Assembly (NCBI GenBank): GCA_963693365.1
Contig: CAVNZM010000002.1
Coordinates: 7,532,454 to 7,596,453, forward strand
Length of the DNA: 64,000 nt
Reading direction: 5' to 3'
Source of the DNA: Amoebidium appalachense
Lineage: Eukaryota; Protista; Ichthyosporea
The position numbers and the translations under genes are program-made. The stretch's first letter is position 1, and every line of letters starts with the position of its first letter. Below are positions 1 to 16,509 of this stretch, piece after piece. The notes beneath the pieces were generated by a model, which was not told where the DNA came from, did not search any database, and was given only the letters and a program-made list of their open reading frames with translations.

Positions 1-1268
1 TCCAGGTTGGGGGTGGCAAAAAGAAAACTCTCCAACATATAGCCGTTGATCGATTCGAAGTACATTCGTTTTACGCTGCCGTTTGGTGTTAGTGGAGATA
101 ATTCGGAAAACCAAGGTGCCTCTACGTCCACCGCAAAGTCTTCCATTTGGGTGCATCGTTCGAACACGTCATTGACGAATGCCAAATCGTCATAGACATA
201 GGTTTTTGATCCAATTCGCCCAGAACAAGATCAACATTCTTCAACTTGGGTCCGATGGTTTCGATTAGCGACGTCATAAGCGGCGCCCAGAATGGGCCAG
301 GCGCGTCGTTCCATAACACGTTGAGAGTTTCAATTCTTGGAAGCAGCGGAATCTGGCGGAAGGTAGACTGAAATATCTCCTCGTGTTGTGGATTGAGTAT
401 GTCGCACATCTCATTGACGTCCAGCACCAAAGCACCTATTGCACCATGCCACGGTGTCGACATGGCCAACTTGTCAACCGCTACCCTAACCCCATCAACC
501 AAAGGGAAAGAGTCGCTCGTGAAAGAAATTTTTACCAAACCGGCCTGGGGGGACCGTGCCAGGGCGCAGAATCGGCGGCTGACCAGCCAAAATGTCTTGC
601 GGTCAGCCAACGGCAGAAAGTGAATAATGTTGGTGATGAGCTCGGGAGGGAGGGCCAGGAGGGGGCTATGCTCTGGGTGTGCAAAAACACGTGTTACAAA
701 CAGGTGGCGGGGATGGGCACAAAAAAGGTGTTTGTGTGTGTGTGTTTGGGGGGAAGTGGGGAGGATGAGGGGGTTGGGGGTGGGGAGGGGGTTTGAATGC
801 GGAACACGGTACGAAGTACGCATACACGATGAAAAGCATGGTGCAGGACACATGCAAAGGCAAACATTCAAGTATGCAACATCAGCCATGCGCACAGTAT
901 GCGTCATAAGCAGAGCCCATCCTCAGGGCCCAAGTCATCAATTGCGTTTGAGTTTCGACCCCTTAGCCCGCGTATATACGACTCTCCAACTCAGACAGCA
1001 GCATCAACTGAACTTGGGAGGGTCAACCCGTCTTGATCAAAGACGAGCAGGCTTGCTTATGCAAGCGGAGCAAAACCGTGAAGATGTGTGTGCAAACTAA
1101 AGCAGTGCAGCGAAAAATGTGGTATGTGCTTACAGGTGCACGACACAGAGCAACCATGCCCGGTTGCATGGAAGTAAAGCGGTCTCCACACAATGCTCTG
1201 TCCTGAAAGGACACCTCTGAAAGAAGACTGGGCGGGTTTGAATGCGGAACACGGTACGATGGGGGTGG

Positions 1269-1306
<38 letters not shown>

Positions 1307-1550
1307 TGAATACATAGCAGGGTACAAAGTAGAGCTAAATGATAAGATTCACCGTGCAGCACACATGCAAAAGTAGACACTCAAAAATGCAACATCAGAA
1401 ACGTGTAGCATGCACCATAAGCAGAATCCATGCATAGGGGTGCCCAAGCCATGAAAAATGTGCCGGGGGTTAGGCAAAGAGCCAACAAGAAGTAAACCCC
1501 CATGAATCAACTGCTTACGCGCATATTTGTGTTTGTGTTTGTGTGTTTGT

Positions 1551-1640
<90 letters not shown>

Positions 1641-1671
1641 TGTGTGTGTGTGAGTGTATGTGTGTGTGGTG

Positions 1672-1709
<38 letters not shown>

Positions 1710-2502
1710 AAAGAGAGAGTGTGTGTGTGTGTGCGCGCGCGCGTATTTCGAAGCGTAAGTGAGAGAGAGAGAGAGAGAGCGAGAGCGAGAGAGAGTGAAG
1801 GTTAGAGAGTGTGAGTGTGTGTGTGTACTAAAATAAGCACTTACGTTTGCTTACGCACTTCCAATCCTTTTTTTAGAGCTGTAGATGTATGGATATGTAT
1901 AAATGTGCATCTGTGCATGTGTATGTGTGTGTGTGCGTGTGCCGTTGTGTCCGTGTCTGTGTGGGCGTATATGTATCATTCATGTGTCCTGCACAAACGC
2001 ACGTGCCCGGGTCTATGTGTGTGTTGGTGCTTAGTGTGTGGGTGTCCAAAAACCGGAAGGGGGAGGGAGGGGGCCTCTTTATAACATCAGAACGAAATGA
2101 CAGGTGGCAACTGAGGGCAAAAAAAAAAAGGGAGGGGGGGGAGGGGGGGGGGGGGGAGGGAGGGGGGGGGGGGGGGGGGGGGATATAGCCGTGTACCAGG
2201 CAGTGCAGGACATAGAGAGACTTGTACATGCAAGACAAAGGTGCAGCCAGTGTGCGGCCTAAGCAGAAATCATTTTAAGCAGTAATCATTTTCGAAAATC
2301 ATTTTCGACGTCATTCATAATCAGAGTATACAAGTTTGAAACCATTCTCAAAGCACACATTGAACAACTCAGATAATATGTTGGATAACATTTCCAGTCG
2401 AGTTGAGAGGGAGAAGGGATTGGGGTTTGGGGGGGAAGGGGCGGGTGGGGGGGAGAGGTGTGGGGGGGCTCTGTTCACACCCGAGTGTCTGCCTCCGTGT
2501 GT

Positions 2503-2556
<54 letters not shown>

Positions 2557-2692
2557 GCGCGCGCACGCACGCGCCCGTGTGTGTGTGTGCTCGCGCGCGC
2601 ACGCGCACACGGTCGGTGGTGCGTACCCGTGTGCATGCAAGCACGTGCGCATCTGTCTGTGTGTCACCGTGTGTGCGTGCCGCGGAGGGGGG

Positions 2693-2732
<40 letters not shown>

Positions 2733-3349
2733 GGGGGTTTGGGGGGAGGAGAAGTGTTTGTGTGGGGGGAGGGAGGGCAGAAAGATAGGGGAGGAAAAAA
2801 AAAAGAGGGACGGTGTGGCGTGTGTCTGCCAACGGAGGGGGGGGGGGGGGGGGAGGGGGGAGGAGGGGGCAGGCGTAAAGGAGTATGAAAAACACAAAGC
2901 AGACTTTGCAAAGCACACACAAAGAGTATGCATCGTCACTACAGCCCATCATCGGGGAGAGGAGTACGGGAGGGAGAGGGCGAGGGAGGGGGAGAAAGAG
3001 GGAGGAGGGAGGAAGAGAAGGGAGGGGGCGAGGGGGAGAGAGAGGGAGAGAAAGAAAACGATAGAGGCAGGGAGACAGGGCAAGAAAGAGCGAAGAGGGG
3101 GAATGGTTAAGAGACGAATGAGCGAGTAAGAAAGAGACAAAGAGAGGGTGGGAGGGGGGCGAGAGACGAGAGAGAGAGAGGGAGGGAGAGAGAGAGATGG
3201 GGGGGAGAAAAGAGAAGGCGAAGCTGAACAGGCATAGTCAGCATGTCGGGGGGAGAGGGAGAGGGAGCTTGAGTGGAGAATCAGGCGGGGAGGGGGTCTG
3301 GGATATGAGACTCACCGGCCCTCCGTCGGGCACCACTTTTTAGCAGCAT
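1..3349 (-). CDS. F-box/LRR-type protein, partial (continues past position 1). Exons 3349-3316 and 672-<1; apparent 1-nt frameshift at about 203-207
   Basis: F-box motif LLALPPELITNIIHFLPLADRKTFWLVSRRF followed by LRR-like segments. Exon 1 ATG..GCC G|GTGAGT joins in phase to acceptor CACCCAG|AG CAT. After the A5 run at 203-207 another frame stays open to base 1 (YDDLAFVNDVFERCTQME...FLFATPNL). Confidence 0.75.
791..1072 (-). mobile_element. Poly-C-abutting retroposon-like repeat, subfamily B, longest copy
   Basis: Near-identical to 16374-16509 and 42152-42297. Shares conserved blocks with subfamily A (39840-40239). The minus strand ends CCGCATTCAAAC followed by a C-rich tract. Confidence 0.75.
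1236..1450 (-). mobile_element. Two further copies of the same family: a 25-bp 3' stub (1236-1260) and a diverged copy (1304-1450)
   Basis: GTTTGAATGCGGAACACGGTACGA stub. The diverged copy retains CACATGCAAA, ATGCAACATCAG and CATAAGCAGA. Both begin at G-rich sequence on the + strand. Confidence 0.65.
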
Positions 3350-3793
3350 GGTGACTGTGGCATGGCACAACAGATTGTGCACGATGTGTCTGTGTGGCCT
3401 AAGGGGTAGCCAACCGTGCGGGACTATCGCTGGCCCGCGGTTGTATGGCTCGTAGTAGGTAAGTAGCTAAAGGCTAACGTCGTGTTTCAGTCAAGAGGTT
3501 GGCCAAAGTCATAGTGGAACAGAAACTTTGAGTATTCCCGGAAAAGGTGGCCTACAAATTCCTACTTTTTTGTGTGTTTTATATTATAGCGGGCACTTTG
3601 GGGAGGCGGGCACGTTGGACTGGGGCTCTTCGCGCCAAAATTACGTCATGTTGGGCGATCGTGACGTTATGGAATTTGTGCGCGATTGCCATATAAAGGA
3701 TTTGGGGAAGAACGCGAAAGAAATACGGACATCAGCCTGCAGCTGTGTGACCACTGGCCGGCAGGACTCGACATCGACCTATGTTGTTGTAAA

Positions 3794-4120
<327 letters not shown>

Positions 4121-5116
4121 TCTCCCCCCCCCCCCCCCCCCCCCCCAAACCCTGTTCCATCTCTCTCTCTCTCTCTCTCACCCCCCCCCCCCCCCTTCTC
4201 CCTTTTTCCCCTTTTCCCCATCCCCCTGTCTCAATCATCTTCCTAGTCTGTCTTTCTCTCTCCCCCTTCCCTCCCTGCTCGTTCTATAAGAAAAACAGGA
4301 AAGCGGGAACAGTTGTCGAGAGAGGGATTCAGCTTGGGAATAGAATAAATTGACTCAACAATTTTTTTTTTACTCTTGCAGCCGGTGCACATGCATGAAT
4401 CTTAACACTGTGTTCCAGACCACCCACAAATACCGGTAGGGACCGAAGCCAGTGCATATTTATTGAACTTTAAAATCTTACTTTTGAAAAGTAGTATGCC
4501 ACGTTCTCATGCTACACCATAGGGTGTTCATTATTGGCAATGGGATGTGACAGCCGCATCAGTATTACTGGAGGATGGTGATAATATTATTATCCATGTA
4601 GACAGACAGACATTTTTATATGCATGATCACAACAAGCCGTTAAATAGTGTGTTAATGTGTTAATCTCTCACACAACTTTACTACATAGTAAATGTCCAA
4701 GCCGAGGCCATCACCAAACAAAAAAATACCGTGACATATTGAAAGTAGGTCATGATCAGTTGCCCTATCACCAAACGTTTTTATAATATAATCTAAACAA
4801 TCAAAAACGTCAAAATATCTTGTTTTGGAAAGTAAATTAGATATAATTTCAAGCCTAGGATGGAATGAATCCTACCAATATGAAAGGGAAGACGCTCACC
4901 CACACTTCGTAATGTAGCGTCCCATAGTTTTTGCTCAATTCCGAATTTGTAAATGCACACATATATATGAGCATATTCAGTAAAAGACAAATCCGTAAGA
5001 AAAAAGACAAACTGCATGTCAAACTAATACGAAAAGCAACTAATTGTCAAGAGCCAAAAATAAATCACGAGGCACCATTACCAATGGTCAACAAAAATTA
5101 GTGCCTGGTCCAGTCC

Positions 5117-5169
<53 letters not shown>

Positions 5170-5514
5170 AACCATTACCACCACCACCACCACCACAAAA
5201 AAAAAAAAAAAACGTTCTAAATCGCCCATTCCCCTTCCCCCATCACCCTGCTCCCTTCATTCCACTCTAACCAAACAAAAAAAAGACCAATGGAAAGGCA
5301 CGCGATTGGATAATAATAAAAACCCTGCTGTAACTGTCTGCTCTTCCTGTTGCCTGTGCTTTGCCACTTAAAATCATTGTTATGAAGCATGGCAGCCGAT
5401 ATTCGGATGATGGCCACCCTACAGCAATATTGCCCGTGTGAGTGAATGCCCGTGAGTGGGAGTAGTCTTGTCTGATATGTGGGTTAGGGAAGTGAGAGGC
5501 ACCACGGACAAAGA

Positions 5515-7370
<1,856 letters not shown>

Positions 7371-7441
7371 CTTATCCATCAAGAGAGCTGCTTCTTTCTG
7401 ATTTCAGCCTCGTGCCGAGCAATGCGCTCCTGTTTGCTTCG

Positions 7442-8423
7442 TCACCACCGGTTCGGCAAATAAATTGTAGCGTATACGAACCGAACCGATTGTGATTTAA
7501 GGGCACGAGCCAAGACCAAAATACTGATCTCGGCCGAAAGGATCTCAACCTTGCAAAGGTTTTCGTGGCCCGCAAAACCTTTGAGCGTCCCGATTTTATC
7601 TACACCGAAGAGTGAGATTGTATTGTGGGAATATGCGTCAGTACGTTGGTGTTTCTTAATTTGGGCATAAGGAAAGCTCGACATGCCTCAACGTTCGGTT
7701 TGTGGCGGACACATTACCGAGTGACCGCAGTAAATTGCAATTCCGTATGACAAGGCTCCACAGATTTGGGGTGTTGAGAAGGAAAAGGGTTGTGCCGCCG
7801 ACGTTCCACAATACCAGGCGGACCACCGAGGTGGGTGGGCGGACCATGCTTATGTCCGTATCACACACATCGCCCATGATCAATTCCTGTAGTGTGTTGC
7901 AGTGCGAAAGAAAGCCGTAAAAATGGTCGTCCAACAGTTTGGTGCCCTCTAGAACTAGATGCCGAAGGCGATTTGGAGAAGATGTCGATTTGACGCACGC
8001 AAGGTTCCCCACTCTCGCTAGGGATAGCGCTGAAAGGCGGGGGTGGTGGTCCAGATTTAATTCGTTTCCCGTCGGGCTACTAGTCGTGGTTTCGAAAACG
8101 AATACAGACAACTTGATATGCATCAGCGCTTTAAACGGTGCGAGAGAATCGAGCCGCACTTTGCCAACACCACACAGTGTCAGGGATTTCAACGTTTGTG
8201 TTTGCGCCGAAAGAAACGACAACGACTTTATCGATTCGAGGGATAACACAACAACCCCGGAATACAACTCAAACTTCACCAACCGATCCGATTGAAACTG
8301 CGGCACACCCGCAGGCAACCCCTCGCAACACATAGTGACGCGTCGTAGCTTTCGACACGCCGCCAACGTTTCCGCATTAAGGGACTGTTGCACGTCACAA
8401 ATACCCACTTCCAAATTAGGCAT
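7442..8423 (-). pseudogene. Leucine-rich-repeat protein, frameshifted near the C-terminus; 5' exons not identified
   Basis: LRR-like units (TLKSLTLCG, RLSALSLARV, RLRHLVLEG, TLQELIMG, PNLWSLVIRNCNLL, TLRHVELSLCPN). LRR-like sequence continues in other frames (RNTNVLTHIPTI, then SLFGVDKIGTLKGFAGHENLCKVEI), implying two frameshifts at about 7610-7660. Confidence 0.6.
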
Positions 8424-8925
8424 TTTGTGTGTGTGTGCACACGCGCGCGCGGCACGTGTGCGCGTCTGCGTGCCTGCATGCGTGTGTGCCCGTGCGCATG
8501 TGTGTGTGTGTCTGAGCGCAAACTTGGTGTTATGTGTGTATGGTTTCTGTTTGTGTTTTTTTGTGTGTAGGTGTGTGTGTGTTGTGCACACCGAACGCGC
8601 GTGTGTATCATCAACTTTCCTACGATGTGGGTGTGTACATGTGTATGTGTCTGGGGGAAGGGGGGGGGGGGGGGGGAGGGGGGGGATTTGTTTTTTTTTT
8701 GTGTGGGGGGGAGGGGGGGGTTAAATATTTTGTTGGTTTTTTGAATGGAGACGAGTTGAAGGGGTGCGGGGTGTCACTGAGGGGAAGCTCCTGGGGGTGG
8801 GGGTGGGGGGGGGGGGGGGGGGGACTCCGGGCAGCCGGATTAGTCTGCATCAGCTTGCAACGATTTGGCCACGAGGGAATTAAGGGCAGGGTACAGGAGA
8901 TCCCCTTGTTTTGCGCGTTGGGGGG

Positions 8926-8957
<32 letters not shown>

Positions 8958-9111
8958 CGCTGAAAGAATGCGCAGTTTTTTTTTTTTTGTTTTTTTTTGG
9001 TCAGGCAAAGTTTGTTGCCAGTTCCATGCCTCAGGAGAAGAAAGAGGGAAAGGGGGACTGTATTGTTGGCATTCGTTGCCGTATTTCATGTCTACCTATG
9101 GGGGAAAAGAA

Positions 9112-9153
<42 letters not shown>

Positions 9154-9366
9154 GAGGGGGGGGGTGGGGTGAGGGGGGGTGGGGGTTGCGAGACAGAAAG
9201 CGAGACAGAGAGAGAGCGCGCGCTCGAGAGACAGAGAAGGAGACCGGGGGGGGGGGGGGGGGGAAGGGGGGGGGGGGAGAGAGAGAGAGAGAGAGAGTGT
9301 GTGTGTGTGTGTGTGGGTGGGTGTGTGTGGGTGGGTGTGTGTGGGTGGGTGGGTGGGTGGGTGTGC

Positions 9367-9431
<65 letters not shown>

Positions 9432-10058
9432 TGGGTGGGTGGGTGGGTGTGCTTGTGTGTGTGTGTGCACTGAGCGTGTGGATCTGTGTGTGTGATGAGA
9501 GTGAGGCGGGGGGGAGAGAAAGTTAGAGAGGGATAAGAGGGGGGAGGGGAGGGGGCTCGAGAGAGAGAGAGAAAGTAAAAGGGAGAGGCCTAGGGGGGGG
9601 GGGGGGGGGGGGGGAAAGAGGGAGAGGGGGGGTGGGGAGGGGGGGGGGGGGGGGGGGTTGTTGTGTTGTGGTTGAAGAACGGGTAGTTGGTTTAATCAGT
9701 GAGTAGTGGTAAGACGGAAGTGCGGCCTATCTTGTGATTAAGTTCCTAATCCTGAATAATGCAATCAACGGTGTATACTAGCCGTGTCATATTATCTTGT
9801 GCTTGCATAAATTCTGTGAAAGCCGAGTATGTTTTCCATTTATGTACGCAGTGTGTGCAGTGTGTGCAACGGCACATGTGTATGCACTCGCAAGTGCACA
9901 TACAGTTTATGTAGGTGTGTGCCTGTGTGAGTACACTTGCGCATGCCGCAATGCATGACTTTGTGTACGTGGGTTCGAATGCGCACGGGTGTGTACGTGT
10001 GTGTGTGTGTGTGTGGTTGGCGGCATGTGCGTGCAAAGCTGTGACACTGTGAATACGC

Positions 10059-10182
10059 GAGTGCGTGTATACGTTATTGCAAGTTAAACATATGTTAATG
10101 TGTGCATTCGTACATGTGTGGAGTGCGTGTATACGTTATTGCAAGTTAAACATATGTTAATGTGTGCATTCGTACATGTGTG
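10059..10182. repeat. Tandem duplication, 2 x about 62 bp
   Basis: GAGTGCGTGTATACGTTATTGCAAGTTAAACATATGTTAATGTGTGCATTCGTACATGTGTG occurs twice. Confidence 0.9.
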
Positions 10183-10734
10183 TATGGGTACATGCCTTGG
10201 TGTATAATTCGGGCTTGCGTGGGTGCATGTTGCTTGTGTGCATGGGTGTACAGTGCGTGCCCCTGTATGTGTGTGTGCAGTGCATGCTTGCGTGGTTGCG
10301 GCTTAGTTGCTAGTTTACCCAAGTTGTCTGTACGGTATGTGCGCATGTATGCATTTGTATGTGCACAGGTTTCGGCAAGTGGATAGATGATCATGCATAT
10401 GGGCACCGACATTTTTCATCTGCTTCACAGGTAACATTTATTGAAGATGTCCCAAACAGAAGACGATCGGCACCTCGATTATCAGTGATTACCCAATCCA
10501 AGCCGATTGACTATGATGTTGCACTAACATGGCTGCACCAGGCATCCCACTTCATGCAAGTTACATTACGCACATCCCTGCATAACTGACGAACACACTA
10601 ACCTTGAAAACACGCGTACACAACTCTTTACGGTACACGTCACATGCAGTGAATAAACGGTATACTGCCCACGCTAGATTTCGAACAAATGGATGTGCAA
10701 ACTCTTCACTGGTATAAAATTAGTTAGAGGGTAA

Positions 10735-12750
10735 TTACTGAACCGACATCAGGATACCGGCAATGGAGGCGTTCATCCACGTGGTGGCGGTGCCGGTGAG
10801 CATTGCGCTGAAGGCCAGCGTGGCCAGGTCCTTGTAGCGGTTGGGGGCCATGGCGCCCAGCCCGCCCAGCTGCACGGCAATGGAGCTGAAGTTGGCAAAC
10901 CCGCACAGCGCAAACGTCGCAATCGTCTCCGCACGCTTGCTCAGGATCCCAGCCTTGATCATGTCGGAAAGGCGGGTGTATGCAACGAACTGAGGGGAGA
11001 AAGAAGTGTTAATGTTTGTCACAGTGCAAGGAGAGTAGTATCAACGTGCCAGGGTCCATCAAGTTGATGATATCATGTGTTGTTACATACAAGGAGAGGG
11101 AGGCACATACAAGGAGTGCGAGTGTTGGGATTCGGTAAAAGTTGCCAACAGCCTGGATCGTGGTACATGTCCCAGAAAATTACATTCAACCTAGGCTACC
11201 TAACCGTCACGGTGGCACCACCATTTCTATTGTAGGATACTTACACTTTCTAACAGCTAATTATCTGCCAGTCTCAGGAAGCCATTAGCTTATACACACG
11301 CACACAGTGCCAACCTTGTGCTTCATGCCATACACAAATGTGTACCCACCTCGTTGACGAATGTCTTGAGACCCATCAGAGAAGCAACATCACCGGCGTT
11401 GACCCATGGGACACCCATAAGGAAGGCCAGAGGGCGAAGAACATAGGAGCATGCAAACTCGAAGGTGAAACCCTCAATTCCGACCATGTCACCGACAAAC
11501 ATAAAGATGTTGTTGATGAGGCCCAGAAGGGACACGAAGGCGATCATAGCGGCAGCGATGTTGAGGGCCAGGGGGATGGCATCGCTGGCACCGGCAGAGG
11601 CGGCCTCGATGACGTTTTGGGCCTCAGATTTGGGCAGCACAAAGTCGGTACCGGCGGCCGTCTCCGACTCCTCTGTCTCGGGGTAGACCAGCTTGGACAT
11701 GGCCAGGCAGGCAGGTGCCGCCATCACGGATGCCGCCATAAGAGAGCTGGGGGAAATACCGAAGCCGATGAATGCGGCCATGACACTGCCGGCAATAGTG
11801 CCAAACCCACCCGTCATGACGGCATGCAGCTCGGACTTGGTCATCTTTGGCAGGAAAGGCTTAACAAGAAGGGGTGCCTCGGTCTGGCCCAGGAAAATGT
11901 TGCCGGCAGCATTGAGAGACTCGGCAGCGGAGGTGCCGAGGGTCTTCTGCATGACGAAGGACAGCTTGGCAATAATCATCTGCATGATGCCGAAGTAGTA
12001 GCAGATGCCCATGAACGAGGCAAAGAAGATGACCGTGGGCAGCACCTTGAAGGCAAAGAAGTGCTCGCGGAAGCCCTCACCGAACACGAAAGCGGCACCT
12101 TCGTCGGAGTACAAAAGGAAACGGGACACATGGCCGGAAAGCCAGTCAAGTGCGTCGTAGCCGGGCTGCCACTTGAGCACAAGGAAGCCAAACACCAGCT
12201 GCAGGGAGATACCCCAGATGACGGGGCGCCAGTTAATGGAGTTGCGCTTCCACGAGCAGAGGTAGCCCATGACGATGAAGAAGGCAAGACCGCCGATGGA
12301 CACAAAGCGCATCCAGTCGCCCCACATGTCGACGGCGATGAATGCAATGATGATGCCCGCAATGATGAGCGCACACACCCACCGGAGGATGTGCCACTGC
12401 GCACGGCAGAAACGGGCGAAGGGGTAGAGAGTCACGGCATAAACCTTCTCGGCGGCATATTTGTTGAAGTAGGCGCACAGCACGCAGAAGGCAACAAAGG
12501 CGGTGATGCCGACAAGAGGAATTGCACGCTGGAAGTCCAAAGCGCATGCGGCAATGAAGTAAGCGGCAAAACCGGCCCACAGAGTGACCTTAGTGCCCAG
12601 CCAGACCTTGCCCTTGTTGTTCTCCCACCAAGTGTTCTTCTTCTCGCTGGCCTCCTCAGCGATAACACGCTCATCCACGGCCTCCATGGTTTCCAACTTG
12701 GTTTTGGTCTCCATATCTATGTCGACCCTAAGCACGTCGTCGCTTGACAT
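10735..12750 (-). CDS. Concentrative nucleoside transporter (SLC28/CNT/NupC family), 551 aa. Exons 12750-11350 and 10989-10735
   Basis: Family motifs INWRPVIWGISLQ, FAFKVLPTVIFF, AGNIFLGQTEAPL, MTGGFGTIAG, KTFVNE|FVAY and ALCGFANFSSIA. A 360-nt GT..CAG intron joins NE|FVAY in phase 0. Stop is TAA. Confidence 0.96.
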
Positions 12751-12839
12751 TTTTGTTGGTGTCGCAAAACAATAAAAGGATGTTGATTGTTGTCGTATGT
12801 AACATGCATAAAGCAGTGAAGTGAAATGAACAGGGACGT

Positions 12840-13020
12840 CGGTTATATAGTGGCTGCGAGCCGCTTGGATCTAACGCTGGCGAATCGGAATTAGTATGCA
12901 AGTTGATTGGTTTGAGAATAAAGATCTTAGCCAATCATCATATTTAATAGATCATCTAACATCTGATTGGGAGCTACGTCCGCCCAGATCTTTCACGTTC
13001 TGCAATCTACCAATCAGATG
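12840..13020 (-). promoter_or_regulatory. Putative CNT core promoter: TATA-like box plus CCAAT cluster
   Basis: CTATATAAC (minus strand, about 12842-12850) lies about 95 bp upstream of the ATG. Four CCAAT/ATTGG boxes at about 12907, 12931, 12967 and 13010. Confidence 0.5.
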
Positions 13021-14205
13021 GGACATGAATCGGTGCGGCATGCAAAGTCGGAGATTCGCATATTCCAGCAATGGTTGCAATGTTCCTCGAGGTTCCATGT
13101 GCTTCTAAGTATCTTCTACTTATTATCCGAACACAGCACGAAGCGTGCAGCAACAGGAGTCTGCTTTAGGACACTTCCGTGATTCATTTTTTGTTATGTT
13201 TTCCATATTGCACATACTGTACATTTATCGCGAGGCTCGAGCCTTTGCATTTAAATTTCTTGTGCATGCCATGAAATACCAGTGCGCGGCTGGCCACAGT
13301 GACACCAAAACATGTATTTTGTGCTTTTGTGTATTCATTTGTAACGCTTTCATCAAGCCATTGGATACGAAAATGAGCCGCAGCCGTGAGCACAATGGCA
13401 TCAGCAGACGGTACCTCAAAAGAAAGAGAGGCCCGATCGCGAGCACTGGTCAACACGACACGTGCATACACGAGTGAGTTGTTACATGCAGATTGTATAC
13501 ACATGTACAATTAGTTGTTACATTAGTAAACCGGCCCAGAGGAAGATGGTTGCAGGTAACTTGGCCAATTATATACATATAACGTGTACTTTTCCTTCAT
13601 TTAGTTTAGTTAATTCGTTTTTTGCTATTATGTTGATGAAGTGTCCAAATATGCATTCATCCTGTGCACTGCACAGTGACGATCGTGCAAGAACCTGACG
13701 TGTCCGGCCCGTTGCGCCGGCTGAGAGCTCATGTGGCTTGCCAGTATGATGACACGTGCACATATGGAACCGTCTCAAGCCATAATAAAATTCGGTTCTT
13801 TTGCGATAACAGCCATGCTGCCAGATTCATTTCGTCGGGAGTCCACGAGAAGGCCGTGGAAAGAACTCTTTTGAATGTATGTAATATATGCTCATGGGGC
13901 GATTCAATGCAGTTCCGTGAGAGGCAAGCTCTGGACACCCTAATCACGACGTTTCATTCATATTATGGTACATACGAGGCAGCAACATAGCAACATATTC
14001 TGTCCAAATACTTCGACCGTCATCAACTCCACTGGAATTGTGGCCATAATATCCATGTGTGGCTTCACTGCACGTTTCACACAGAAACACACACACGGAG
14101 GCCACCACCACAAGTATGTATGAAACACACAGACATCGATGTCAGTCACACCCCCTGACACAAAACGCTGAGACAAACCGTCACATATACGTATATAGTA
14201 CACTA

Positions 14206-14259
<54 letters not shown>

Positions 14260-14301
14260 ACCGGGGCACACATCCACGCACGCATGCACACACACACATA
14301 C

Positions 14302-14416
<115 letters not shown>

Positions 14417-14447
14417 ACAAACACATACACACACGCGCGCGCGCGCG

Positions 14448-14494
<47 letters not shown>

Positions 14495-14663
14495 CCGGCC
14501 ACCAAGATCTTGACTAGGAGCTCTAAGAATGCCTACAAATATAAAGCAGGGGGTCAAGTGGGGAGGGGGGCCTCGAGGGGAGGGGGCTGAGGGGAATTCG
14601 AAGGGGGGGCTGAGTCAAGGGGGGGACGGAATGCGGGAAAGGAAGGGAAGGGAAGAGTGGGGG

Positions 14664-14715
<52 letters not shown>

Positions 14716-16076
14716 GGATGTTGACACGGAGAAACAAATCACATGGTTTCCCATGAAGTTCACGCGTGGCACAGATGGCACTCGAATATCTCCCAGCACA
14801 CCACATTCTGGGGAATGGATCAGACGCACGTGAATCACGCAACTACATGCCCATGGCCCGGGGCCCCCCACCTACCCCGTCCTTCCCGTCCCCCCGCCCC
14901 GCCCCTCGCCCGCTCCCTCCCCCCCACCTCCACCCTCAACCTCCCCCCTCTCCTTTCCCCCTTACCCCTCCTCCGCCACCCTCCTCCATCCCCTCCTTTT
15001 CTAGGAAATAGCCACGATTGCATAAACTTTTTGAGCCAACGTTGGTCTTATACTTTGATAATGTGCAAAGTGCTGGGTTTCATCAGCATCGAATCTTACC
15101 TGGTTTTAAAGACATTTTTAGAACAGCCACCCCTCTGTCCGCACCACACTATCTCCCATCCCTCCTTCCCCCCCCCCCCCCCCCCCCCCCCCCCAACACA
15201 CACACACACCCCATTCCCCTTCTCTGAAAAACCCCGTGTTACCATCGAAATAAAAACCTACACCACCCACCACCACCGACAGCCTATTAATGCCTCAGAG
15301 AAAGAGGGAGGGGCAGGGTGCGGGGGTGAGGGTTGGGGTGGGTGGGTGGGAAGTGGGCGGGGGAAGAGGGGGGGCCGGTTCCCCCCCTTCCCCCCTCCCC
15401 GGGGGCCCCCTGCCTTTACCAGACACCACGGTTTTTGAAACATCCCTGTCTCCTTGCTTTCCTGCCTGAATCCACAAGTACAGCTGTAGTTTTTCACCGG
15501 TGACTAATATTATGTCTTCGCTAGCTATAGCCAGTGCCAATCCCCCTTAACATGACCTCCCCCCCCCCCCCCCACACCCCCCCCCCCCACCCCCAACCCA
15601 ACCCAACCCACCACAATAACCACCTCTTCCGCCTCCTCTTTCCCCTCCCTGGGCCCCTGAACCCACCCACCCACCACACCACTAGCACCACCACCACAGA
15701 TACATACACAACAGCGGGGCCCCCTACCCCTAAATACATTACTATGAACACTGTTGAACACATCACCTCATAGTTATGTGCATATGCCGTCACATCCGCC
15801 TCAAGGCACACCAGCCCTTGGGTGCATATACATTAATCATAGAGAGGGGAGTAGCTTTTAAGTGCCTGTATGCTTATTTCCTGAATCCTGCAGGTCTTGT
15901 TTGACGAGTTAGAAAAAAACCGGGCTGTATGGACAGTATTACGGTACAGTTCAAGCTACCCCCGAATAATTCGAAGTGTACTAATCTATGATAACATGTT
16001 CGTCTCTCACTACCTCTCCGATTATATTACATGCCCGTGTGTGTGCACACAGATATGCCATGCATGTGGATGGATC

Positions 16077-16112
<36 letters not shown>

Positions 16113-16338
16113 CACGTTGGTGTAGGTGTGGAGAGGTCCGTGAGTCATGCGAACCTGTGGTGGAGGTAAATCAGGGGTACAGGTGGGACAGCAGAGTGAC
16201 GAATAAAATGTCAGGCACGAAAGTTTTTTGTTGTTCATGTCTGAGGCCTGTTACGAAAGAGTCAATGGAAGCACAGGATGCATTTCAGGCATGGTGGGTC
16301 CAGGAGAGGGGTGTGGAAGGGGAGGGGTGGGGGGGGTT

Positions 16339-16369
<31 letters not shown>

Positions 16370-16373
16370 GGGG

Positions 16374-16509
16374 GTTGAATGCGGAACACGGTGCGAAGTA
16401 CCCTACACGATGAGAAGCATGGTGCAGGACACATGCAAAGGCAAACATTCAAGTATGCAACATCAGCCATGCGCACAGTACGCGTCATAAGCAGAGCCCA
16501 TCCTCAGGG
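16374..16509 (-). mobile_element. 5'-truncated copy of the poly-C-abutting retroposon-like repeat (subfamily B)
   Basis: Matches 791-927 and is flanked by G-tracts on both sides. Confidence 0.8.

Noticed and set aside
3629-3640. E2F-like site TTTTGGCGCGAA upstream of the F-box gene
   Set aside because: A single short motif is insufficient evidence on its own.
11338-12747. 469-aa ORF antisense to the CNT gene
   Set aside because: Shadow ORF caused by strong GC3 codon bias; no protein-like features.
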